Source of the DNA: an uncultured Methanosarcinales archaeon
GTDB taxonomy: Archaea > Nanobdellota > Nanobdellia > Woesearchaeales > GW2011-AR9
Reading direction: 5' to 3'
Assembly (NCBI GenBank): GCA_964434885.1
Contig: CAYSWQ010000003.1
Location: forward strand, 6,882 to 70,881
DNA length: 64,000 nucleotides
Position numbers and translations under genes: made by a program. Below are positions 45,567 through 56,237 of this stretch, piece by piece. Every line of letters begins with the position of its first letter. The first letter of the stretch is position 1. The notes beneath the pieces are model-generated. The model saw only the letters and a list, made by a program, of their open reading frames with translations, ran no database searches and had not been told where the DNA came from.

Positions 45567-47102
45567 ATGGATCAAGTAGGTTTGATTAAACAAGGTTTTG
45601 AAAAGAAGGTTTTATTAAATAGAGAAATGTTAGATTCTCAATTATTTCAAAAAGATACTTTTTGGAATAATTTTAATGGAAAAGAATCTTTTTTGATATT
45701 AAATGAAGACAATTTTTATTTTTTGAAAAATTTTTCAAAAGAATCATCTTTTGAGTATGATAAATTGAGGGTTGATTTAGAAAAAAAAGATGAAATAGAA
45801 GAATATATTTCTTTTTTAAGAGGATTGAAAAAAGAACAACAAAGATTTCCTTTGGTTGTTGAAAATTCTTTTGAAAATATTCCTAAGAAATATGAGATAA
45901 GAGATTTTACTAAGTTTTTTGTTTCTCGATATAAATTTATGGAGAAATTATTACGACCACGACAAGAATTAAATGGAGTATTATCTATAAGTAAAATTGT
46001 TGCTAAAAAAGACAGAGAAAATGTTTCTTTAATTGGAGTAGTTGTAGATATTAGTCAAACAAGAAATAATAATTTTATTATTACTTTAGAAGATTTAACT
46101 GGTCAAGTTAAAATATTAATTAATCAAGATAAACAAGATTTATGCAATTTAGCAAAAACAATTGTAGTTGATGAAGTTTTAGGTGTAACAGGGATGTGGG
46201 GAGGAGAAATAATTTTTGCAGATAATTTGATTTGGCCAGATATTCCTTTAACCAATCCTTTGAAGAAATTTTCAGAAGATATTTATACTGTTTTTCTTTC
46301 TGATATTCATGTTGGAAGTACTAATTTTTTAGGGAAAGAATTTGGAAAATTTTTAGATTGGTTAAATGGAAAAATTGGTGATTCTAAACAACAAGAGTTA
46401 GCTAATAAAATTAAATATGTTTTTATTGTTGGAGATTTAGTAGATGGAATTGGTATTTATCCTGGACAAGATAAAGAATTAGATATTAAAGATATTTATG
46501 AACAGTATCAAGAAGCAGCTAGGTTGTTAGATAAGATACCTAAAACGGTACAAATTATAATTTGTCCGGGAAATCACGATGCGTTACATTTAGCTGAACC
46601 ACAACCTGCATTCAATCCAAAATATGTTCAACCCCTTATGGAAATATCTAATGTGATGTTGGTTTCAAATCCAGGAGTTGTGAATATTTGTGAAGGAAAT
46701 GGTTTTTCTGGTTTTAATGTTTTGTTGTACCATGGATATAGTTTTGATTATTATGTGGCTAATGTTGATTCAATTAGAAACCAAGGAGGATATAATCGGG
46801 CAGATTTGATTATGAAATTTTTGTTAAAACGTCGACATTTAGCACCTTCTTTTACTTCTACACCTTATTTACCTTTACATGCAGAAGACCCGTTATTGAT
46901 TAAGAGAATTCCAGATTTTTTTATTACAGGACATATTCATTATGCAATTGCAGCTAATTATCGAAATGTAACAATGATTAGTGGCTCTTGTTGGCAAAGT
47001 AAAACAGATTTTCAAGAAAAAGTTGGACACGAACCAGAACCAGCTAGAGTACCGATGGTGAATTTAAAGACGAGAGAGATAAAGATTGTGAAGTTTGAGT
47101 GA
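45567..47102 (+). CDS. polB: DNA polymerase D small subunit DP1
   Basis: OB fold 'LEDLTG'; phosphoesterase motifs SDIHVGS, GDLVDGIGIYPGQ, PGNHD and GHIH. Confidence 0.95.
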   Translation: MDQVGLIKQGFEKKVLLNREMLDSQLFQKDTFWNNFNGKESFLILNEDNFYFLKNFSKESSFEYDKLRVDLEKKDEIEEYISFLRGLKKEQQRFPLVVENSFENIPKKYEIRDFTKFFVSRYKFMEKLLRPRQELNGVLSISKIVAKKDRENVSLIGVVVDISQTRNNNFIITLEDLTGQVKILINQDKQDLCNLAKTIVVDEVLGVTGMWGGEIIFADNLIWPDIPLTNPLKKFSEDIYTVFLSDIHVGSTNFLGKEFGKFLDWLNGKIGDSKQQELANKIKYVFIVGDLVDGIGIYPGQDKELDIKDIYEQYQEAARLLDKIPKTVQIIICPGNHDALHLAEPQPAFNPKYVQPLMEISNVMLVSNPGVVNICEGNGFSGFNVLLYHGYSFDYYVANVDSIRNQGGYNRADLIMKFLLKRRHLAPSFTSTPYLPLHAEDPLLIKRIPDFFITGHIHYAIAANYRNVTMISGSCWQSKTDFQEKVGHEPEPARVPMVNLKTREIKIVKFE

Positions 47103-47180
47103 GTTTGTGGAGTTTAAAATGCTCTGTTCTACCCCAACAATATTTATATAGTCTTGTTCTTCTGAAATTGTTGAGGAAAA

Positions 47181-50100
47181 ATGGCTGAAACAGTTGCTTC
47201 TAAAAGAGTACACAAATATTTTAACCAAATAGAAGAAGGAATTACTGAAAGTTATAGGGTTGCAGGAGAGATGAGGAAGAAAGGATTAGATCCAGAAGAT
47301 AGAGTTGATATTCCTTTGGCCCGAAATATGGCAGAAAGAGTCACAGGTTTAATTTCTATTGCGGCACCAGAGTTGGCTGATGAGAAAATCAAAGCAACCG
47401 TTTCTAATCGAATCCAAGAACTAGAAAAAGAATATGCTTTGTTAGATTGGAGGGTGGCTTTGAAAATTGGAGAAGAAGTTGCGAAAGAGAAATTTTGTAA
47501 ATTTAAAGACAAACTAGAAGCAATGGAAATTGGTATCCGAATGGGATTTGCATATTTGACCTTAGGAATTGTTTCTGCTCCTTTAGAAGGATTTATTGGT
47601 TTGAAAATAAAAAAAAGAAAAGATGGAAAAGAATATTTGGCACTACAATATGCTGGTCCAGTAAGGGGTGCAGGGGGAACGGCTTCAGCAACTTCTGTAA
47701 TTTTAGGAGATTACATTAGAACAGTAATGGGTTATGCAAAATATGATCCAGATGAAAAAGAAGTTAATCGTTGGGCAGCAGAAATTCATGATTATCATGA
47801 TAGAGTTACCAATTTACAATATCACCCTTCAGATGAAGAATTAAAATTTATTGCCCAACATATTCCAATTGAGATCGATGGAGACCCAACAGAAAAATTT
47901 GAAGTCTCTAATTATAAGGATTTACCAAGGATTGAAACTAATAGGTTGAGGGGAGGTTTTTGCTTGGTGTTGGCAGAAGGAGTTTCTCAAAAATCACCTA
48001 AACTTTGGAAAAGATTGAGTAAATGGGGAAAAGAATTTGGTTTAGAATGGGATTTCTTAGAGGAATTTTTAGAATTACAGAAAAAAGTAAAAGCGAAAGG
48101 AAAAACTTCAAAAGATTCAGACGAAAAAATTAAACCAAATTATACTTATATCAAAGACATTGTGGCAGGTAGACCTGTTTTAGCACACCCTTTGGCAGCA
48201 GGAGGATTTCGATTAAGATATGGACGAGCAAGAACTACTGGGTTTTCTGCAGCGGCCCTACACCCTTCTACATTGCTTTGTTTAAATAAATATATTGCAA
48301 TTGGAACACAAATTAAGGTTGAGCGTCCTGGTAAAGCAGCATCTATTTCAATTTGTGATTCTATTGAAGGACCAATTGTTAGATTAGAAGACCAAACAGT
48401 AATTCAGTTAAATAGTTTAACCAAAGCTAAAGAAGTATATAATCAAATTGAAAAAGTATTATTTTTAGGAGATATTTTGTTTAATTATGGGGATTTTTCT
48501 GAAAATGGACATAGTTTGGTTCCAGTAGGATATTGTCCAGAGTGGTGGGTTTTGGAGTTAGAGAAAGCAATAGTAGATACTTTTGGTAATTTGGATTTTG
48601 AAAAATTTAGTAATTTGGTTGGTATTGATCTAGAAAGGTTGAGAACTTTTTTTGAGCAACCTTTGTTTAATTTTCCAACAATTGAAGAAGCAATTAAAAT
48701 TTCAGAAGAAATGAAAATACCTTTGCATCCAGAATTTACATATCATTGGAAATTAATTTCTGGTCAAGAATTGGCTTTGTTGAAAGAATGGTTAATTTCT
48801 GGAAGTTTCAAAAAAGAAGGAGAAAATTTCTTAAAAATTATTTTACCTTTAAATGAAGAAACCAAAAAAATAAAAGAGATTATGGAGAAGATAGGAGTAA
48901 TTCATTTAGTAAGTAATAAAGAAAATGTGGTTTTAGATGCCCAGAACAGTGCAATTTTTTCTTATTGTCTTAATTTTCAAACACCAGAAGATTTGAAAAA
49001 AAATAATTTTCCTGAAGGAAAAAACGCGTTAGAAATTATTAATCAAATTAGTAAGGTTTTTTTAAGAGATAAAAGTGGAACATTTATTGGAGCGCGGATG
49101 GGACGTCCAGAAAAGGCCAAAATGAGAAAAATGACTGGTTCACCACATGGAATGTTTCCAGTAGGAGCAGAAGGAGATAGATTAAGGTGTTTTCAATCAG
49201 CATTACAAGCAGGAAAAATTAGGGCCGATTTTCCTTTGTTTTTTTGTAATAATTGTTCAAAAAAAACAATTTATCGAAGATGTGAAAGATGTGATGAAAA
49301 AACTGAACCACAATATTTTTGTCGTTTTTGTGGAGATTTAAAAGAAAATTCTTGTAACCATGGAGAACCACAAAAATATAAAACACAAGATTTGGAGATA
49401 AAACATTATTTTGATAGTGCATTAAAAAAACTTGGAACACGAACATTTCCAGATTTAATTAAAGGTGTGAGAGGAACAGCTAATAACAGCCACATTACTG
49501 AAAATTTAATTAAACCTATTTTAAGAGCTAAACATGAAATTTTTGTTAATAAAGAAGGGACCACCCGTTATGATTGTACTGAACAACCAATTACTCATTT
49601 CAAACCTAAAGAAATACATACTTCGGTAGAAAAATTAAAAGAATTAGGATATGACCAAGATATTTTAGGAAAAGAATTGGTTGATGAAAATCAAGTTTTA
49701 GAATTATTTCCTCAAGATGTTGTGCTTCCAGGATATGATGATTTAGAAGGCTCAGCACCAAGGGTTCTTTTTCAAACTGCTAATTTTTTAGATGAATTAA
49801 TGGTTAAATTTTATGATGCTAAACCATTTTATAATTTAAAATCAAAAGAAGATTTGGCGGGCCATTTGGTAGTGGGGTTAGCACCACATACTTCTGCTGG
49901 ATTAGTGGGAAGAATTATTGGATATTCACAAACCCAGGGGTTGTTGGCACACCCAATGTATCATGCAGGTTTACGTCGAGATTGCGATGGAGATGAAGCA
50001 GCAGTGATGTTGTTATTAGATGCGTTGCTTAATTTTTCTCGACAATTTTTACCAGAAGCAAGAGGAAGTAAAACAATGGATGCGGCATTAGTATTAACTG

Positions 50101-50732
50101 GGATTTTAGTTCCTTCAGAAGTTGATGATCAAGTTTTAGGGATGGATACTGTTTGGAAATATCCTTTAGAAATGTATGAGGCAGCCATGGAATATAAAAA
50201 CCCATGGGATATTAAAGTAGAACAATTGGCTAACCGGTTAGATAAAGAAAACCAATATGAAGATTTTGGTTTTACACACCCAGTAGGAAATATCAATAAT
50301 GGAATTTTGTGTTCTGCTTATAAAACACTTCCTTCGATGGCTGAGAAATTGGAAGGCCAAATGGAAATTGCGACACGAGTTATGGCGGTAAAAACAGGAG
50401 ATGTTGCGCGATTAGTAATTGAAAAACATTTTATGAAAGACATTAAAGGAAATTTAAGAAAATTTTCAATGCAACAATTTAGATGTGTAAAGTGTAACGA
50501 GAAATATCGTCGGCCACCTTTGATGAATAAATGTTCTAAATGTAATAATCGTTTGTTGTTTACTATCTCTCAAGGTTCGGTAGTTAAATATCTAAAACCA
50601 AGTTTAAAATTATCGGAGAAATTTGAATTTTCCCCTTATTTAAAACAATCTTTGGAATTGGTTGAAGATAATGTTAATTTGGTATTTGGTAAGGAGAAAG
50701 ATAAACAAGTTGGGTTGGCTGGGTTTATTTAA
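47181..50732 (+). CDS. polC: DNA polymerase D large subunit DP2, intein-free
   Basis: AGPVRGAGGT, GGFRLRYGRAR, IGARMGRPEKA and catalytic RRDCDGDE; C-terminal Zn finger. Confidence 0.98.
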   Translation: MAETVASKRVHKYFNQIEEGITESYRVAGEMRKKGLDPEDRVDIPLARNMAERVTGLISIAAPELADEKIKATVSNRIQELEKEYALLDWRVALKIGEEVAKEKFCKFKDKLEAMEIGIRMGFAYLTLGIVSAPLEGFIGLKIKKRKDGKEYLALQYAGPVRGAGGTASATSVILGDYIRTVMGYAKYDPDEKEVNRWAAEIHDYHDRVTNLQYHPSDEELKFIAQHIPIEIDGDPTEKFEVSNYKDLPRIETNRLRGGFCLVLAEGVSQKSPKLWKRLSKWGKEFGLEWDFLEEFLELQKKVKAKGKTSKDSDEKIKPNYTYIKDIVAGRPVLAHPLAAGGFRLRYGRARTTGFSAAALHPSTLLCLNKYIAIGTQIKVERPGKAASISICDSIEGPIVRLEDQTVIQLNSLTKAKEVYNQIEKVLFLGDILFNYGDFSENGHSLVPVGYCPEWWVLELEKAIVDTFGNLDFEKFSNLVGIDLERLRTFFEQPLFNFPTIEEAIKISEEMKIPLHPEFTYHWKLISGQELALLKEWLISGSFKKEGENFLKIILPLNEETKKIKEIMEKIGVIHLVSNKENVVLDAQNSAIFSYCLNFQTPEDLKKNNFPEGKNALEIINQISKVFLRDKSGTFIGARMGRPEKAKMRKMTGSPHGMFPVGAEGDRLRCFQSALQAGKIRADFPLFFCNNCSKKTIYRRCERCDEKTEPQYFCRFCGDLKENSCNHGEPQKYKTQDLEIKHYFDSALKKLGTRTFPDLIKGVRGTANNSHITENLIKPILRAKHEIFVNKEGTTRYDCTEQPITHFKPKEIHTSVEKLKELGYDQDILGKELVDENQVLELFPQDVVLPGYDDLEGSAPRVLFQTANFLDELMVKFYDAKPFYNLKSKEDLAGHLVVGLAPHTSAGLVGRIIGYSQTQGLLAHPMYHAGLRRDCDGDEAAVMLLLDALLNFSRQFLPEARGSKTMDAALVLTGILVPSEVDDQVLGMDTVWKYPLEMYEAAMEYKNPWDIKVEQLANRLDKENQYEDFGFTHPVGNINNGILCSAYKTLPSMAEKLEGQMEIATRVMAVKTGDVARLVIEKHFMKDIKGNLRKFSMQQFRCVKCNEKYRRPPLMNKCSKCNNRLLFTISQGSVVKYLKPSLKLSEKFEFSPYLKQSLELVEDNVNLVFGKEKDKQVGLAGFI

Positions 50733-51025
50733 TTCTCTGCTAAGTAAACTTCAGCATGAGGGATTTTTTCTACAATTAAAATTCTATCTTTGTTGATTAA
50801 ATCTGAAAAAAGTTGAATAGAATGTTCGCCAGTTAAATGTAAAATGTAAGCGCTTTTGGCTAGTTCTTTTATTTGGTTGGGTTCTTTTTCTTCACCTTGG
50901 TAGAATTCTTTAGTTAAATCTAATTGTAAGTTGTTTTCTAGAAATTTTTTACCCAAAATCTCTTTGTCTGTAACGACTAAGATATTTCCATGTGGTCCTT
51001 GGTGGGTTTTAACTATGAATTTCAT
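50729..51025 (-). CDS. DUF424-family protein
   Basis: 'LVVTDKEILGKKF.E..LQLDL...FYQGE...IPHA'; likely start MKFIVKTH. Confidence 0.8.
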   Translation of the reverse strand: MKFIVKTHQGPHGNILVVTDKEILGKKFLENNLQLDLTKEFYQGEEKEPNQIKELAKSAYILHLTGEHSIQLFSDLINKDRILIVEKIPHAEVYLAEN

Positions 51026-51413
51026 TTTCTGGTCTAAGATACCATTCATCTAGGGCAGCAGTTTGTTCAGTTAAAAGATCTAATGTTGAATTTAACCCAC
51101 CCAATGCAAATGCGAAATCATCGGTTCTAATCCTTCCTTGGGTGATGTGTTTCCCGACTTCTTCAAAATATCTGTGATATTGCAAATATGTTTCTTGGCA
51201 TCTTCCTTCATAAGGTATTGTTCCAGTAGGACCCATTCCTGAAATTTTTCCAAAATTTTCGAAAAAAGACCTACATTCATCGGAAAGAACATATAATAAA
51301 ACATCTCCCCATTTCATTTTCACTTTCGTTGGAGAAATGGGTTCTTCTCTTAATAGACTAGTTAACCCAGGGATAAATTGTTTAATTTTTTGTGGTGGTA
51401 AGAGATCAGTCAT
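51009..51413 (-). CDS. hypothetical protein
   Basis: 134-aa ORF tightly packed between eif2b and the DUF424 gene; no recognised motif. Confidence 0.55.
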   Translation of the reverse strand: MTDLLPPQKIKQFIPGLTSLLREEPISPTKVKMKWGDVLLYVLSDECRSFFENFGKISGMGPTGTIPYEGRCQETYLQYHRYFEEVGKHITQGRIRTDDFAFALGGLNSTLDLLTEQTAALDEWYLRPENEIHS

Positions 51414-51414
51414 T

Positions 51415-51834
51415 TTATTTGAAACTTTTAACTGGTTTTTTAGTACCACAAGCCATACATTTTAGATAACTAATTCCTTCAATATCTATTAATTGAGTAT
51501 CTGGTTTACCACATTCAGAACAAACCACAAATTCACTAAGATATTTCTTGATTTTTTTATTAATTAAAGAAGCAGGTAATTTTGATCCAAAAATAACTCG
51601 ACTACCAATAATTTTTCCAGGAGTAGCCAATTCACGAAATAAAAATTTTAATAAATGATGTACATCTCTTTCTAATTGTTTAGCGATTTGTTTTAAATTA
51701 ATAATAATTGTTTTGTTTCCTTCTAAATGACCTTTAACTTTGTCTAATTTAAATCTTTGATAATCTACTGCTTTTTCAGGAATTTCTTTTTCGGCCTTTG
51801 CTAAAAGTTTTTCATAATCCATTTTTATTTTCAT
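51415..51834 (-). CDS. eif2b: translation initiation factor 2 beta subunit
   Basis: 'YEKLL', 'EGNKTII.N', 'RELATPG', CSECGKPDT and CMACG. Confidence 0.95.
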   Translation of the reverse strand: MKIKMDYEKLLAKAEKEIPEKAVDYQRFKLDKVKGHLEGNKTIIINLKQIAKQLERDVHHLLKFLFRELATPGKIIGSRVIFGSKLPASLINKKIKKYLSEFVVCSECGKPDTQLIDIEGISYLKCMACGTKKPVKSFK

Positions 51835-51928
51835 AATTTGAAGATTTTATAAATCTTTAGTAAATATTGGTGTTTTACACGAGTAATTAAATAAATACAT
51901 TTATAAATTAAAAAGATTTCTTTAAGAT

Positions 51929-52768
51929 ATGGTGTTAGAGGCTCTGATAAATCCTTTTGCTTTGAGAAAAAGACCTTGGGAGATGTTTATTGGTGGTTTT
52001 TTTTATTCAGTGATTGGTTTATTTCTTTCATATTTGGTATTTCGTGAAGTGTCAGGAATATTGATGGTATTTTTAGTAGTAATGGCCACATTTCCTCTTT
52101 TATATACTGTAATTAAGAGAGAAGAAGAAATTGATTTAAAATATAAAAAAGAATGGGCAATTTTAAAAGAACATTCCCATGTGATTCTTTTTTTGATTTT
52201 TTTGTTTTTAGGGATTACAACTGCTTTTGTATTATGCTATGTTTTTTTACCTGCAACAATGGTTAATACTATTTTTTCATTACAAACCAAAGCAATCCAT
52301 GAAGTTAATGTTAAAGTAGTAGGGAATGTTACTGCGTTCGGTTTGTTTAAAAGAATCTTTTTTAATAATATTAAAGTGTTGTTTTTTTGTTTAGCTTTTG
52401 CATTTATATATGGGGCGGGAGCAATTTTTATTTTAACTTGGAATGCTTCTGTAATTGCAGCAGCAATTGGAAGTTTAATTAAAACAGAACTAGCACAAAC
52501 TGCTTCTTATGTAGGAATGGCTTCCATCTCATCTTATTTTGGAATAGCAGCGTTTAGTTTTATGAGGTATATGACGCACGGGATATTTGAAATAGCAGCT
52601 TATTTTATTGCTGGATTAGCAGGAAGTATAATTTCGATTGCTGTAATCAGACATAACCTAGATAATAATCAAGTGGTTTATGATGCCACAGAATTAATTA
52701 TTTTGAGTTTAGCAGTGTTAGTAATTGCAGCAGTGATTGAAGTTTTTGTAACACCTGTCTTTTTTTAG
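51929..52768 (+). CDS. SpoIIM/DUF95-family membrane protein
   Basis: 'IFFNNIKV', 'ILTWNASV', 'HGIFEIAAYFIAG' and 'AAVIEVFVTP'. Confidence 0.85.
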   Translation: MVLEALINPFALRKRPWEMFIGGFFYSVIGLFLSYLVFREVSGILMVFLVVMATFPLLYTVIKREEEIDLKYKKEWAILKEHSHVILFLIFLFLGITTAFVLCYVFLPATMVNTIFSLQTKAIHEVNVKVVGNVTAFGLFKRIFFNNIKVLFFCLAFAFIYGAGAIFILTWNASVIAAAIGSLIKTELAQTASYVGMASISSYFGIAAFSFMRYMTHGIFEIAAYFIAGLAGSIISIAVIRHNLDNNQVVYDATELIILSLAVLVIAAVIEVFVTPVFF

Positions 52769-53397
52769 AGAACTTTTACTTTTCCAGGTAAATTTTGAAA
52801 GATTTCTCCTTCTTTTAACATTTTATCAATTAGTTCATCAACTTGATTAATTTCAGCTTTGCTTTTAATTACTTCAATAAGAACACCTTCACCAGAATCT
52901 AACTCTCGAATCAATTCTATAATTTGTTGATTGTCAGATTCAAATTCTTGGGATTGATTTTTTTCTTCAGTTGGTGGTTTTTCTTCTGGTTCTTTAAGAG
53001 GGAGAACATTAAGCAATTCAGCACGTCGAACTTTTAACCATTCTTGATCAATTTTTTTGATAATTTCTGGGGCAATATATTTTTCATCATTATAGACGCG
53101 AATTTTTCCAATAATTAAGATTGCTGTTCCCAAAGCAAGGGAATTACTGTTTTTTATTTCTTCAAAACTACGAAGTTTAATGCTGCCAGAACCATCATCT
53201 ACACTAAAATTTACCATTGCCCCATTAACTTCTTTATCAATAATAACTCCCATCAAATTAACTCGAGAAATTTTTTGGTTGTTTTTAGTTAATAAATAAT
53301 TAGGTTTCCAACCTTCTTCTGTAAAATATTTTCCATTTTGAAGGGTTTCAATGTTAGTTTTGACAGCTACTTGTCTTTCTTGAATTTCTTCTGCCAT
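52765..53397 (-). CDS. RPA32-like OB-fold protein with C-terminal winged helix
   Basis: 'RQVAVK', 'ISRVNLMGVI', 'VDDGSGSI' and 'GEIFQNLPGKVKVL'; adjacent to mcm. Confidence 0.85.
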   Translation of the reverse strand: MAEEIQERQVAVKTNIETLQNGKYFTEEGWKPNYLLTKNNQKISRVNLMGVIIDKEVNGAMVNFSVDDGSGSIKLRSFEEIKNSNSLALGTAILIIGKIRVYNDEKYIAPEIIKKIDQEWLKVRRAELLNVLPLKEPEEKPPTEEKNQSQEFESDNQQIIELIRELDSGEGVLIEVIKSKAEINQVDELIDKMLKEGEIFQNLPGKVKVL

Positions 53398-53398
53398 T

Positions 53399-55420
53399 TT
53401 AGAGTTTTTGGATGAATCCTCTTCGCGGTTCAAAAAGATCTCCTCCCCTTCTTAGTTTTTCAATTACCTCTTCCACATCACTGGTTTTAATTCCTTTGCT
53501 TTCTGCTCTTTCAGTAACTGCTTCTAATGGAATCACTTTCCCCATTTCATTTTCTAAAGTATCTATAATTTCTCTAACAACACTGATTTTGCTTCTTTCT
53601 TTAGCAGGAATACCAGAACTAATTCGATCAATATCAATCACGCCTGTTTCTGAGTCTTTAGCGATTTGACCTAAACAGAAATCAACCATTTCAACTGCCT
53701 TTTCAGCATCACGTTTTAACACTTTTTTTGATAATCTTATTTTAGCAGAAGCTTCAGCTAATCTAACCAATGCTTCTAATTGTCGAGCAGTGATAGGAAC
53801 ACTTTTGATTCCTGCTTCATCTCCTTGACCAGAATTTCTCATTTGAACATAATATCTTTGTAGTTCGTCAATAGCTTCTTCAGTAAGAACTGGTTTTATA
53901 CTAGTTCTAACATAAGTAATATATTTTTTTAATAAGTCGGTATCAATTTCTACTTCTTTACCTTCTGGATTTTGATGAAGGTTTAAAATGTGTCTAGCAA
54001 GAAGTTCATCTTTTGTTTTATCTGGAAGATCTTTAATAGGAAAAATAAGATCAAATCTATTGATTAATGCAGGAGGTAAATTGATTTGTTCAGCAACCAA
54101 ACCATAAGGATCAAATCTTCCAAATTTTGGGTTAGCGGCCGCTAAGACTGTTGTTTCACATCTTAATGTGGCTTGAATGTTAGCTTTACTGATGCTTACA
54201 GATTGTTGTTCTAATGCTTCGTGCATCGCAGAACGATCTTCTTTACTCATCTTATCCATTTCATCAATCATTACGAATCCTTTGTTAGCAAGAACCAATG
54301 CACCTGCTTCTAAGCTCCATCCTCCAAGAAATTCATCTTTTACTACAGATGCCGTTAATCCGGCCCCAGATACACCTTTACCGCTAACATATCTCGATTT
54401 GGGAGCGATCTTAGTAATTCTTTTTAATAATTGAGACTTTGCTGCACCAGGATCTCCAATTAAAAGAACGTGCATGTCTCCCCTAGTGATGGCTCCATCT
54501 TTTCTTTTCTTTCTAACTCCACCTACTAGTTGTAGAATAAGGGCTTCTTTGATTTTATCATGACCAAAAATAGAGGGGGCGCTACTATTGACTAATTTTG
54601 AATAAATGTTTGGGTCTTGGCTTAATTCCTTAATTTGTTCAGTTTCTTCGGGAGTTATTTCTAAAGAACTAAAATCATCTTGGACTGGTTCAATAAAATT
54701 AGCTTCGATAATTAAATCAAATTTAGTTGATTTTCCTCCCGACCTTAGATTAATAGGGACTTCAGTAACCCAACCAACCACCCTTACTTTGTTTCCTGGA
54801 CTTGTTTTTCTATCAGTCATTGGGCTAACTAAATCATTTTTTAGAAAAACATTCATTCTTTTTGGTTGAACTCCCCCTTCTAAGTCCTCTGGAGCTTCTT
54901 CTAAGACTATTCCTTGACCATCTACAAGTTCTTTAGTTAATTCTTTGAATTTGCCTTTTCGACCACAACCACAACGAGAAGGTTCACGATATTTGCTTTC
55001 TAATTGCAAAACGGTAAGAATATTTCCACAACTAGGACATTCAAATCGAGCAGTTAGAACATGAGGACGAACATCACTTTTTTGTCTAACAATACCTTCC
55101 ATCCAGAGTAGTTTAGTAAGGTGCTTGCTTCTAATTTCACTAATAAGGATTTTTTGACTTTCGGGTAAATTGATGAATCTTAAATGGAAACGAGATACTT
55201 TTTTGGGTAAATCAAAATCTTTGATTGCTAATTCTCCCGCCTTGAGAATTTCTTCTGGATGTTCTAATAATTCTTCGGCTAATTCTGGATTAAATTTAGT
55301 TAATTCAAAGAAATCAAAAATCATGTGGTTGTTTCCTTTTCTAACAGTTTCTAATAATTCAGGTTCATAACTAGCTTCAATAAATTCTCTGAAAATTTTT
55401 ATTTGTTCATTAACTTCCAT
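53399..55420 (-). CDS. mcm: MCM replicative helicase, intein-free
   Basis: Zn finger CPSC...CGC, GDPGAAKSQ, IDEMDKM, NRFDLIF and TARQLEALVRL. Confidence 0.98.
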   Translation of the reverse strand: MEVNEQIKIFREFIEASYEPELLETVRKGNNHMIFDFFELTKFNPELAEELLEHPEEILKAGELAIKDFDLPKKVSRFHLRFINLPESQKILISEIRSKHLTKLLWMEGIVRQKSDVRPHVLTARFECPSCGNILTVLQLESKYREPSRCGCGRKGKFKELTKELVDGQGIVLEEAPEDLEGGVQPKRMNVFLKNDLVSPMTDRKTSPGNKVRVVGWVTEVPINLRSGGKSTKFDLIIEANFIEPVQDDFSSLEITPEETEQIKELSQDPNIYSKLVNSSAPSIFGHDKIKEALILQLVGGVRKKRKDGAITRGDMHVLLIGDPGAAKSQLLKRITKIAPKSRYVSGKGVSGAGLTASVVKDEFLGGWSLEAGALVLANKGFVMIDEMDKMSKEDRSAMHEALEQQSVSISKANIQATLRCETTVLAAANPKFGRFDPYGLVAEQINLPPALINRFDLIFPIKDLPDKTKDELLARHILNLHQNPEGKEVEIDTDLLKKYITYVRTSIKPVLTEEAIDELQRYYVQMRNSGQGDEAGIKSVPITARQLEALVRLAEASAKIRLSKKVLKRDAEKAVEMVDFCLGQIAKDSETGVIDIDRISSGIPAKERSKISVVREIIDTLENEMGKVIPLEAVTERAESKGIKTSDVEEVIEKLRRGGDLFEPRRGFIQKL

Positions 55421-55473
55421 CTGTAAAACCCACCCAAGGTTAGTTTCTAGAATTGTTATTTTTATTTAAAATT

Positions 55474-55493
55474 ATATGTTCGGGAGAACATAT
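55474..55493. promoter_or_regulatory. perfect inverted repeat upstream of the mcm promoter
   Basis: ATATGTTC-GGGA-GAACATAT next to a minus-strand TTTTAAAT box. Confidence 0.5.
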
Positions 55494-55522
55494 TGAAAAG
55501 AATTAAGAAAAAAAAGATAAAT

Positions 55523-56074
55523 TTATTTTTTATCTAATACTTTTTTAAGGACTTCAATCAGTTTGTCTGTAGTTTCATTAACTTCTTCTTCAGTTTTAGT
55601 TCCAGTACAAACAATCTTTCCATTACTAAATAACAAGAAAGTAGCGTTGGTTCCTTTTAATTTGTGTACTAACCCAGGAAATTGTTCTGGTTCATATTCG
55701 GTGTGTGGTAATTTAATTCCTAAAATATTTAGGTTTAGATCCATTCCAACACTACCAGAAGCAACAATGTTTTGTACTTTAATTTCTGGAGTAACAGTAA
55801 CCACAATATTTAGTTTTTTTACTGATTTGATGATAGCTAAGATTGCCTTATCAACATCTTTCATATTTCTTGCTCCAGTACAAACAATTTTTCCAGAACT
55901 AAAAACCAAAGCAGTTGTTTTAGGTTCTTTAATTCTTAATACCAGACCTGGAAATTGTTCTGGATTATATTCGGTGTTTGACAGAGTTGCTGCCATCTTT
56001 TCTAAAGGAATGTCTTTTTTTAAATCAGAACTAATAACAATATTTACAATTTCAATTTCTTTCTTTTTAGCCAT
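55523..56074 (-). CDS. tbp: TATA-binding protein
   Basis: Two repeats of 'NIV.S...EY.PEQFPGLV...L.FS.GKIVCTG'. Confidence 0.98.
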   Translation of the reverse strand: MAKKKEIEIVNIVISSDLKKDIPLEKMAATLSNTEYNPEQFPGLVLRIKEPKTTALVFSSGKIVCTGARNMKDVDKAILAIIKSVKKLNIVVTVTPEIKVQNIVASGSVGMDLNLNILGIKLPHTEYEPEQFPGLVHKLKGTNATFLLFSNGKIVCTGTKTEEEVNETTDKLIEVLKKVLDKK

Positions 56075-56216
56075 TATAATCCCCCCGATAATTTACTATT
56101 GACTAGTGTTTTCATTTATAAAGCAATGTTCTTTTTAAATATTTCCTTTATAAATGAAGAAATTTGTGTTTTGGTTTTTATTTTTAAAGGAGTATTTTTA
56201 TTCTTTAAAAATACAC

Positions 56217-56237
56217 ACCCCCTTGTTTCCGATGGAA
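56217..56237 (-). promoter_or_regulatory. isolated ORB element upstream of tbp
   Basis: Minus strand TTCCATCGGAAACAAGGGGGT, matching the oriC ORBs including the G-string. Confidence 0.7.

Noticed and set aside
47181..55420. Inteins in DP2 or MCM (also checked RadA and Cdc6)
   Set aside because: Lengths are normal and catalytic motifs are contiguous.
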